Of a stretch of DNA of 16,094 nucleotides, positions 6,938-14,410 are shown piece after piece. Where the stretch lies: the NCBI GenBank assembly GCA_046757665.1, contig JBHHYO010000064.1, positions 1 to 16,094 on the forward strand. The letters run 5' to 3'. The stretch comes from Nitrospinales bacterium (GTDB taxonomy: Bacteria; Nitrospinota; Nitrospinia; Nitrospinales; JAJDAT01). The notes below the pieces were generated by a model. That model saw only the letters and a list, made by a program, of their open reading frames with translations. It had not been told where the DNA came from and ran no database searches. The first letter of the stretch is position 1, and each line of letters opens with the position of its first letter. Made by a program: the position numbers and the translations under genes.

Positions 6938-8089
6938 TCAATAAGCCACGGTGATGCGTTTCCGGGCTTCGTTTCTGGCCCAGCGGTCGGCGGCGAGCAC
7001 ATCGTCGAGTTCCTGCACGGGAACGCTTTGGTGGCAACGCATGGTGGCGCGGATGACTTCGGGAATTTCCTTGAAGGGAATTTGTTCCTCCAGAAAAGCC
7101 TCCACCGCCACTTCATTGGCGGCATTCAATACCGCCGGCATGGTTTGACCGGCTTCCAGGGCCTCCATGGCCAGCCGCAGGCAGGGAAACTTTTCGAAAT
7201 CGGGTTTCTCGAAGTTGAGTTGCGAACACCCGGCAAAATCCAGCGACGGAAGCTCCATTGCAAACCGGTCGGGATAAGTCAGGGCGTAGGCAATGGGGAC
7301 CCGCATGTCCGGAATGCCCAATTGGGCGATTATTGAGGTATCGACGAATTCAATCATCGAATGCACGATGCTTTGCGGATGCACGATGATCTCGACCGGG
7401 ACGTCCAGGCCGAACAGCCATTTCGCCTCGATGTATTCGAGGCCCTTGTTCATGAGGGTGGCCGAATCGATGGTGATCTTGCTTCCCATTTTCCAGTTCG
7501 GGTGATTGAGCGCTTCCCGGACGGTGACGTGTTCCATTTTTTCCTTGGACCAGGTGCGGAACGGTCCGCCCGACGCCGTGAGGATGATTTTTTTTATGCG
7601 TTCTTTTTTTTCACCGTTCAATGCCTGGAAAATGGCGCTGTGTTCGCTGTCGATGGGCACGATGCCCGCCCCATTGCGCGCCGCCTTCAACACCAGTTCT
7701 CCGGCGATCACCAGCGTCTCCTTGTTGGCAAGGGCGACATGCTTGCCGGCCCGCAGGGCGGCAAACGTGGGCACCAGGCCGGCTCCGCCGACAATGCCGG
7801 AAACCACTGTGTCCGCTTCTTCCAGCACCGCCACTTTTGTGGAGCCTTCCTCGCCGCTGACCAGTTCCACGGGATGCCCGTTGAGCACTTCCCGTAGCGG
7901 CTTGATTTTGGCGGGATCGAAAATAGACGCCACTTTGGGCTTGAATTTTCTGACTTGCCGGGCAAACAACTCGACATTGCTCCCGGCGGAGAGACCCACG
8001 ATCTCGAACTGTTCGGGATATCTATCGACAACGTCAAGGGTGTTGACGCCGATGGAACCGGTGGACCCCAGGATGGAAATTTTTTTCAT
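6938..8089 (-). CDS. dxr: 1-deoxy-D-xylulose 5-phosphate reductoisomerase
   Basis: 383 aa. ILGSTGSIG, LANKETLV, PIDSEHSAIFQ, LTASGGPFR, HPNWKMGSKITIDSATLMNKGLE, NAANEVAV. GAGGAG Shine-Dalgarno upstream. Confidence 0.99.
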   Translation of the reverse strand: MKKISILGSTGSIGVNTLDVVDRYPEQFEIVGLSAGSNVELFARQVRKFKPKVASIFDPAKIKPLREVLNGHPVELVSGEEGSTKVAVLEEADTVVSGIVGGAGLVPTFAALRAGKHVALANKETLVIAGELVLKAARNGAGIVPIDSEHSAIFQALNGEKKERIKKIILTASGGPFRTWSKEKMEHVTVREALNHPNWKMGSKITIDSATLMNKGLEYIEAKWLFGLDVPVEIIVHPQSIVHSMIEFVDTSIIAQLGIPDMRVPIAYALTYPDRFAMELPSLDFAGCSQLNFEKPDFEKFPCLRLAMEALEAGQTMPAVLNAANEVAVEAFLEEQIPFKEIPEVIRATMRCHQSVPVQELDDVLAADRWARNEARKRITVAY

Positions 8090-8101
8090 ATGCCTGCTCC
8101 C

Positions 8102-8896
8102 TCAAGGGGAAAGGACACCTGTGTAATAACCATAAAAAGCCGGTCCGGCAAACAACAAACCGTCGATGCGGTCCAAGATCCCGCCATGACCGGGAATCAA
8201 ACTGCCGGAGTCCTTGGCGCGCGCGCTTCTTTTCAACAGTGACTCGGCCAAGTCGCCAAATTGTCCGATCATACCGCAAATGAGGGCCATAATCAAACAA
8301 TGGGCAAGGGCCACGTCCGGCAAAAACCAGAGTTGGGCGATCCATCCGCCGGCGAGGCTTCCCGTCAAGCCCGCCACGGCCCCTTCCACGGTTTTTTTCG
8401 GGCTGATGACCGGGGCTAACGGATGTCTGCCAAAGTTCCGGCCGACATAGTAGGCGGCCGTATCGCCCAGCCAGACAACAAGCAACACAAAAAACACATA
8501 ATATTGCCCCTCCGCCAGATTGCGGATTAAAACAAAGGAGCCCAACAAGCCCGCAACATAAAAAATGCCCAAAAAAGTATAGGCGATTTGATCAAACGCT
8601 GTGCGGATATCCTTTTCCAGGACAAACCAGGCTAGAAAAAGAAGAACCGTTGCCGCCAAAATCCATTGCGCGAGAAACTGACCGCCGAAATAAAAGCACA
8701 GGGTCAGCAGAAAACTCAATACAAATCCCATCACGGGAAATCCCGTGATGCCGATCTCGGAGATCAGGGCAAAATACTCATAAATGCCCAGCAATACGGC
8801 GGCTAAAACTACAAGGTAAAAAACAACAGGCGAGCCGAAATAGATGACGGCTATTAAAATCGGCAGGAGTAGGACGCTACTTAAAACTCGCTTCAA
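8102..8896 (-). CDS. cdsA: Phosphatidate cytidylyltransferase
   Basis: 264 aa, polytopic membrane protein. DTAAYYVGRNFGRHPLAPVISPKKTVEG and GDLAESLLKRSARAKDSGSLIPGHGGILDRIDG. TTG start with GAGG 8 nt upstream; canonical position between uppS and dxr. Confidence 0.97.
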   Translation of the reverse strand: MKRVLSSVLLLPILIAVIYFGSPVVFYLVVLAAVLLGIYEYFALISEIGITGFPVMGFVLSFLLTLCFYFGGQFLAQWILAATVLLFLAWFVLEKDIRTAFDQIAYTFLGIFYVAGLLGSFVLIRNLAEGQYYVFFVLLVVWLGDTAAYYVGRNFGRHPLAPVISPKKTVEGAVAGLTGSLAGGWIAQLWFLPDVALAHCLIMALICGMIGQFGDLAESLLKRSARAKDSGSLIPGHGGILDRIDGLLFAGPAFYGYYTGVLSP

Positions 8897-9002
8897 AAGG
8901 CCGGCCTCGCGCGAACGGTTTGGGGTTTGTGGTTCACGATTGAAATTTGAGGATAGGAGTCTTCGCGGATATGATCCTGCCGCAGTCCACGGGTTTGCCC
9001 AT

Positions 9003-9758
9003 TTAAGCCTTGAAAATCTGCTCCTGGAGCATACCGAAGCGCCTTTCGCGTTTTTGAAAGTCGATGATGGCCATCAATAAATCTTCCTCGGTGAAATCCG
9101 GCCACAGCACATTGGTATAATGCAACTCCGTATAAGCAATCTGGTACAGGAGAAAATTGCTGATTCGCATTTCCCCGCTCGTTCGTATCAGCAGATCGAG
9201 ATTGGGTAGACCCCGGGTATCGAGAAAGGTTTCAAACAAATCGGAATCGATGTCCCCCGGCAACAGGTGTCCGTCGAGCACCTTTTGCGCGATTTTTTTG
9301 ACCGCATCAAGGATTTCCTGCTGGCCGCCATAACCCAGGGCCAAGGTCAGAACCAAACCATCATTGGTTTGCGTGTATTCCCTGGCGCGGCGGATAAGTT
9401 TTCGAATATCTTCCGGAAACCCTTCGATCCGGCCAATGGTGTTGAAACGGATATTCTCCCGTTTCATGCGGTCGAGTTCTTTTTTCAGATACTGGTCCAG
9501 AATCTTCAGCAAGGCCTTGATTTCCGCCGCCGGACGATTCCAGTTCTCACCGGAAAACGAATACAGGGTGAGCGCTTCGACATTAAGCTTGCGGCACAAG
9601 GTAACGATCCGATCCACAGTCTTGACGCCGGCCCGGTGGCCATGAACCCGGGGGAGCAAATTTTTTTTCGCCCAGCGGCCGTTGCCGTCCATGATGATGG
9701 CAATATGCCTGGGTAGCCTGTTCCTGTCGATTTTCTCTAGTAACGCAACATTTGCCAA
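9003..9758 (-). CDS. uppS: Undecaprenyl diphosphate synthase (cis-isoprenyl transferase)
   Basis: 251 aa. PRHIAIIMDGNGRWA, FSGENWNRP, DLLIRTSGEMRISNFLLYQIAYTEL, RERRFG. TTG start with GGGAG upstream. Confidence 0.98.
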   Translation of the reverse strand: MANVALLEKIDRNRLPRHIAIIMDGNGRWAKKNLLPRVHGHRAGVKTVDRIVTLCRKLNVEALTLYSFSGENWNRPAAEIKALLKILDQYLKKELDRMKRENIRFNTIGRIEGFPEDIRKLIRRAREYTQTNDGLVLTLALGYGGQQEILDAVKKIAQKVLDGHLLPGDIDSDLFETFLDTRGLPNLDLLIRTSGEMRISNFLLYQIAYTELHYTNVLWPDFTEEDLLMAIIDFQKRERRFGMLQEQIFKA

Positions 9759-9830
9759 GAAAATTTCTCCCGGGGAAAGAGTTGACGGGTTGGAAACCGG
9801 GTGGACTTTATCGAGCCTGCCGGGAAAGGG

Positions 9831-10385
9831 TTAAGTTTCCCGGATACTTGCTTCTTTTGCCTGGGCGATCTGGCTAACGAGATTGATATGTTCGTCGGTG
9901 ATTTTTTGCAGTTTTTCCTGGCCCTTTCGGCAGTCATCCTGTGGAACTTTTTCTTTCTCCAACTTCTTTATCTTGTCATTGAATTCCCGGCGAACATTGC
10001 GGATCGCCACCTTGCATTCTTCTTCATACTTTTTGAGAATTTTGATGATCTGCTCTCGCCTCTCACCCGTAAGAAGCGGTATATTGAGACGGATAACATT
10101 GCCGTCGTTTGCCGGATTCAAACCCAGCGTGGACGACTGAATGGCTTTTTCAATGGCCTTGAGCAAAGAGCTCTCCCACGGCTGGATAGTGATCGTGCTA
10201 CTGTCGGGCACTCCGAGAGTTGCCACCTGGGAGAGCGGCGTCGGCGTTCCGTAATAATCAACTTTCAACCCATCCAGCAAGGCGAGCGATGCACGACCCG
10301 TGCTCAGCTTGCCCAGCTCCTGTTTAAGGTGCTCGATTGAGTGGTTCATCATGATTCCGGATTCTTCCAGCAACTTGTCAATCAT
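9831..10385 (-). CDS. frr: Ribosome recycling factor
   Basis: [56 protein letters not shown]. Start placed at ATG 10385, which overlaps the pyrH stop and gives 184 aa. Confidence 0.95.
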   Translation of the reverse strand: MIDKLLEESGIMMNHSIEHLKQELGKLSTGRASLALLDGLKVDYYGTPTPLSQVATLGVPDSSTITIQPWESSLLKAIEKAIQSSTLGLNPANDGNVIRLNIPLLTGERREQIIKILKKYEEECKVAIRNVRREFNDKIKKLEKEKVPQDDCRKGQEKLQKITDEHINLVSQIAQAKEASIRET

Positions 10386-11154
10386 CGGTGAGCCCCACAG
10401 TTGTTCCCAGTTTTTCTCCAAGTAAAACCTTTCGGATACTGCCCCGTTGCCTGACGTTGAAAATTACCATCGGCATTTTGTTGTCCATACAAAGAGACAC
10501 GGAAGTCGAATCCATCACCTTGAGGCCCATTTTCAACACATCCAGGTAAGACAAGCGGTCGAATTTTACGGCCTTCTTGTCCTTCATGGGGTCGGAGGAA
10601 AAAATCCCATCCACCTTCGTCGCCTTGAAAATCACCTGCGCATCAATTTCCATGGCGCGCAGGGCGGCGGCGGTATCCGTCGTGAAATAAGGGTTGCCCG
10701 TACCCGCGGCGAATATCACCACACGGCCTTTCTCCAGGTGTCGAATGGCCTTTCGGCGGATGTACGGCTCGGCAAGCTCATGGATTTCGAGAGCCGTCTG
10801 CACCCGCGTGGAAATGCCCGCGCTCTCCAGAGCGTGTTGCAGGGCCAGAGCGTTGATCACGGTGGCAAGCATTCCCATGTAGTCCGCCGCAACCCGCTCC
10901 ATGCCAAGGCTACTGGCGGTGGCGCCCCGAAAAATGTTGCCGCCGCCGATGACGATGGCAATTTCCACACCCAGGGCTTTTGCCTCATGGATATCCGCGG
11001 CAATATTTGCGAGAGCCTTTTGATCAATCCCGAAACCCCCGTCACGATCGGCGAGGCTTTCTCCTCCCAGTTTCAGCAGAACCCTTTTAAAAACAGCCTG
11101 TGGCCTGGCTGTTTGGTCATCCTTTACCGATTTCGAATCGTGCAAAATTTCCAA
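10378..11154 (-). CDS. pyrH: Uridylate kinase (start uncertain, see findings)
   Basis: [67 protein letters not shown]. The only in-frame starts upstream of the conserved core are TTGs inside tsf. Confidence 0.95.
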   Translation of the reverse strand: MEILHDSKSVKDDQTARPQAVFKRVLLKLGGESLADRDGGFGIDQKALANIAADIHEAKALGVEIAIVIGGGNIFRGATASSLGMERVAADYMGMLATVINALALQHALESAGISTRVQTALEIHELAEPYIRRKAIRHLEKGRVVIFAAGTGNPYFTTDTAAALRAMEIDAQVIFKATKVDGIFSSDPMKDKKAVKFDRLSYLDVLKMGLKVMDSTSVSLCMDNKMPMVIFNVRQRGSIRKVLLGEKLGTTVGLTDD

Positions 11155-11713
11155 TAGTTATATTTTCTCCCAAGGAGGCAATTTTTTGCTGAATCAGTTC
11201 CTGTACGGTGATGTCGGTATTTTTGATAAAATGCTGGTCCAGAAGACAAGCTTCCTCGTAAAATTTTTCCATCTTTCCCGAAACAATTTTATCGATGATT
11301 TTCTCCGGCTTGCCCGATTCGCGCGCCTGGTGGGCGTAAATTTCCTTTTCCCTGGCCAGCACTTCCTCCGTCACCTCTTCCCGCGAGACGAATCGCGGCC
11401 CGGCGGCGGCAATGTGCATGGCAACATCTTTAACCAGTCCCTTGAAGTCGGGCGTGTTGGCGACAAAATCGGTTTCACAATTCAATTGCAGGAGGACACC
11501 GATTTTGGCCCCGGCGTGAATATAAGACCCTACAGCTCCCTCGGTCGTGGCACGGCCGCCTTTTTTTGCCGCCTTGGCCAGGCCTTTTTTGCGAAGCACG
11601 ACTATCGATTGCTCGATGTCTCCTTCGGCTTCTTTAAGAGCCGCCTTACATTCCATGATGCCCGCGCCCGACTTGGCGCGCAAATCCTTAACCATTTCCG
11701 CGGTAATATTCAT
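11117..11713 (-). CDS. tsf: Elongation factor Ts (short, 198-aa form)
   Basis: [79 protein letters not shown] Shine-Dalgarno. Confidence 0.98.
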   Translation of the reverse strand: MNITAEMVKDLRAKSGAGIMECKAALKEAEGDIEQSIVVLRKKGLAKAAKKGGRATTEGAVGSYIHAGAKIGVLLQLNCETDFVANTPDFKGLVKDVAMHIAAAGPRFVSREEVTEEVLAREKEIYAHQARESGKPEKIIDKIVSGKMEKFYEEACLLDQHFIKNTDITVQELIQQKIASLGENITIGNFARFEIGKG

Positions 11714-11761
11714 TCTGCTCCTACTCCTTTATTTAAATTTCGGCTCTTCGCCTGTTGATGC

Positions 11762-12598
11762 TTATGGGTTTGGAACTGTGTTTTCGGTCTTCTCGGTCTC
11801 GGCCAGAACGGCTTTCACTTCTTTCGCCGGCTCGTTATCGAGAACGGGGCTCTCAAGGCTGGACGGTTCAGGCGATGCCTCATCTTTACCCGGTTCATCC
11901 TTCCGGGTGGCCTGAACAATTTCCTGCCCTTCCAGGCAAAGGTCGGCAATACGCCGGGTAAACAGCCGAATGGAACGAATCGCGTCATCATTGCCCGGAA
12001 TGGGGAAATCGACTCCATCCGGATTGCAATTTGTATCGACAATGGCAATAATTTTCATTCCCAACTTCCGCGCTTCCGCCAAAGCTATCTTCTCTTTTCG
12101 TATATCAACAATGAATACCGCATCCGGAAGCTTCGACATATTTTTTATGCCGCGCAGGAATTTGTTCAGCTTGCCGATTTCCTTGTGCTTTTTCAGCGCT
12201 TCCTTTTTATGGAGCCGGTCAAATTCATTTTCCGCCTCCATCCGTTCCAACTCTTTCAAGCGGTCAACGCTTTTTTTGATCGTGGCGAAATTGGTCAGCG
12301 TCCCGCCCAACCACCGCTGATTCACATAATACATCCCGCATCGCAACGCTTCTTCGGCGATCAGGTCCTGAGCCTGTTTTTTCGTGGCGACGAAAAGAAT
12401 TTTTTGGCCCAATCGGGACATTTCCTTAACATACTTCTCCGCCTCCCTGAACTTCTTCAAGGTTTTATGCAGGTCGACGATGTAGATCCCGTTGCGCGCC
12501 CCATAGATATACTTTTTCATCCTGGGGTTCCAACGATTGGTCTGGTGGCCAAAGTGCACGCCAGCCTCCAGAAGGTCTTTCATGGTGATTTCAGACAT
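11762..12598 (-). CDS. rpsB: 30S ribosomal protein S2
   Basis: [54 protein letters not shown], acidic C-terminal tail. Start at ATG 12598 with AAGGAAG upstream; the ORF-track start at 12670 lies in the leader. Confidence 0.98.
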   Translation of the reverse strand: MSEITMKDLLEAGVHFGHQTNRWNPRMKKYIYGARNGIYIVDLHKTLKKFREAEKYVKEMSRLGQKILFVATKKQAQDLIAEEALRCGMYYVNQRWLGGTLTNFATIKKSVDRLKELERMEAENEFDRLHKKEALKKHKEIGKLNKFLRGIKNMSKLPDAVFIVDIRKEKIALAEARKLGMKIIAIVDTNCNPDGVDFPIPGNDDAIRSIRLFTRRIADLCLEGQEIVQATRKDEPGKDEASPEPSSLESPVLDNEPAKEVKAVLAETEKTENTVPNP

Positions 12599-12617
12599 TT
12601 TTTCTTCCTTTGACAAA

Positions 12618-12693
12618 TGGGTTGGCCTCCGTCTCCATCTTCTCGAACCGGGAACCTCGCGGTCACCCACGGCTCGATCCGGAAACGTGTGAA
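12618..12693 (-). ncRNA. rpsB 5' leader (S2 autoregulatory element, t44-like)
   Basis: The minus strand reads CACA-CGUUUCC..UCGAGCCG-UGGGUG-ACC(GCGA)GGU..CGGUUCGA..GGAGACG-GAGGCCA-ACCCA. This gives nested stems, a GNRA-capped hairpin and UGGGU/ACCCA complementarity, the same layout as the E. coli rpsB leader. Confidence 0.8.
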
Positions 12694-12728
12694 TTTTACA
12701 CGGAAAAATCCAATAACGGTGTCGGTCT

Positions 12729-12757
12729 AGGTTAGCACATTGTTTTTATTGTGACAA
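12729..12757 (-). promoter_or_regulatory. sigma70 promoter of the rpsB-tsf operon
   Basis: TTGTCA (12757-12752), a 17-nt spacer, then TAACCT (12734-12729) preceded by TGTGc. This is the TGTG extended -10 also seen at E. coli rpsBp. Confidence 0.75.
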
Positions 12758-13115
12758 GATTTATGCTGAACGCAATCTGTCCAGCGCCACCAAGGCGGCG
12801 GAAGCAGATATGCCGTAGCAATTCGGGCTTCCTGCCTCATCGCCGTTTCTTATTTCACCATTTTTCGGGGAAAATTTTTTTCCAAAAACGAGGAACGAAA
12901 TAGTCGAAACGTCAGGAGATAAATCCATCAACCCCTTGCGCCACAACCCATTTTCCCGGTGTCCCGTCAGGTAAAAAATCAACGAATTTCGCGGCAAAAC
13001 GGCCCAAAAACCGGATCGCATTTTGACTTATATCCACATGATTTTAAACGACTTGTAAAAACAGGTTTTGGCATGTCGAATCCCGCGCTTTGAAGATTAA
13101 AATTTGGTTTCCTTC

Positions 13116-13206
13116 GCGTCCTTCAACAAGCTTAGGACGCAAAATTGCTGTCACGCTGAGCCCGTCGAACTCAAATTGTCACGGTATCTGTCGAAGCGTG
13201 AAGCAA
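13116..13206. repeat. REP-like imperfect palindromic element (two adjacent hairpins)
   Basis: GCGTCCT-tcaacaagctt-AGGACGC (13116-13140), then TTGCT-g-TCACGCT...AGCGTGA-AGCAA (13145-13206) containing two GTCACG...GTCGAA units. Confidence 0.6.
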
Positions 13207-13290
13207 CGGTTATGAACTTTTGCAACGAAGCGCCAGTCGAAAACCCCAATGGAAAATTCATTCCGTGGCATGTCGCAGACCCAAAACCAT

Positions 13291-14388
13291 TCACCGCCCC
13301 AGGCTGATGCCGATGGACTCCGCGCACCGGATCAACTGGCAATCTTGCGGCACGGCGCGCACCTTGCCGGCAAGGTCTTTCAACGGCACGAGGGTGAGGT
13401 CGGGCGTTTTCAAGGAAACCATGTTGCCGAATTTTTCCTCCGCCGCGGCCTGCACCGCAAACGCGCCGAGGCGCGTTCCCAGAACCCGGTCGAAGGCGAT
13501 AGGCGTTCCGCCCCGCTGGATATGCCCCAGGACGGTGCAACGAACTTCGAGATCGATTTCTTTTTTAATCCGGTCCGCCAGGTAATACCCCACGCCGCCC
13601 AACTGCGCCACGCCTTGCAGTCGGGCAGAGGCGGATTCCTGGGTGATCGCGGAGCCGCCCTCTTCCACGGCTCCTTCCGCCACCATGATGATGCTGTAAG
13701 GACTGCCTCCCGCTTCCCGCCGCCTTAGTTTTTCCAACACCCGGTCCAGTTTGTAGGGAATCTCGGGAAGCAAAATAACATGCGCGCCGCCGGCGATGCC
13801 GGCTTCCAGAGCAATCCAGCCGGCGTTGCGGCCCATGACTTCCAGGATCATGATCCGGTCGTGGCTCCTGCCCGTGGTTTGCAACCGGTCCATCGCGTCG
13901 CTGGCCACCTGCACCGCCGACTGAAAACCAAAGGTATAGTCGGTTGACTCCAGATCGTTGTCGATGGTCTTGGGAATGCCGATGATCGGCAATCCCCGCT
14001 TGTAAAATTCATAGCCGATCTGCAAAGTGCCCTCGCCGCCGATCACGAACAAACAGTCCAGCAACATCCGCTTGAAATTTCTGATCACCTTGTCGGAATA
14101 ATCATGGGTGACGATGGAGTCGTCCGCGCCGTATTCCCGAAACGCAAACGGGTCGCCCTTGTTGCTGGTTCCCAGAATGGTGCCGCCCAGGGTCAGAATG
14201 TCCCGCGTCCGCGGGATCGTCAACTCGCAGGTGCGGTCGAAAATCAGGCCCTCGAAACCATCCTCGATCCCCACCACGGCGGCGTTATCGTGCTTGATGA
14301 TAGCCGCCCGCGTGATGGCCCGGATCACCGCGTTCAACCCCGTGCAATCGCCTCCCCCCGTCAATATGCCAACCCGCCTGAGCCTCAT
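13291..14388 (-). CDS. pfkA: 6-phosphofructokinase (PfkA family, group III type)
   Basis: 365 aa. GILTGGGDC.GLNAVIR, GGTILGTS, IGGEGT, PKTIDND, EVMGRNAGWIAL, LGHIQRGG.P.AFDR. AGGAG Shine-Dalgarno. Confidence 0.95.
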   Translation of the reverse strand: MRLRRVGILTGGGDCTGLNAVIRAITRAAIIKHDNAAVVGIEDGFEGLIFDRTCELTIPRTRDILTLGGTILGTSNKGDPFAFREYGADDSIVTHDYSDKVIRNFKRMLLDCLFVIGGEGTLQIGYEFYKRGLPIIGIPKTIDNDLESTDYTFGFQSAVQVASDAMDRLQTTGRSHDRIMILEVMGRNAGWIALEAGIAGGAHVILLPEIPYKLDRVLEKLRRREAGGSPYSIIMVAEGAVEEGGSAITQESASARLQGVAQLGGVGYYLADRIKKEIDLEVRCTVLGHIQRGGTPIAFDRVLGTRLGAFAVQAAAEEKFGNMVSLKTPDLTLVPLKDLAGKVRAVPQDCQLIRCAESIGISLGR

Positions 14389-14410
14389 GGACTTCGTCTC
14401 CTGTCGGTTC

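Noticed and set aside
12599-12670. 24-aa N-terminal extension of S2 in the ORF track
   Set aside because: It falls within the structured leader. ATG 12598 has an SD and matches the conserved S2 N-terminus.
12761-13021. 86-aa minus-strand ORF (also 13104-13307 on the plus strand) in the pfkA-rpsB spacer
   Set aside because: No SD, atypical codon usage, no domain similarity, and it overlaps A/T tracts and repeat-like sequence. It cannot be fully excluded.
12760-13290. Possible oriC
   Set aside because: Only one imperfect DnaA-box-like 9-mer, with no box cluster and no dnaA/dnaN/gidA context.
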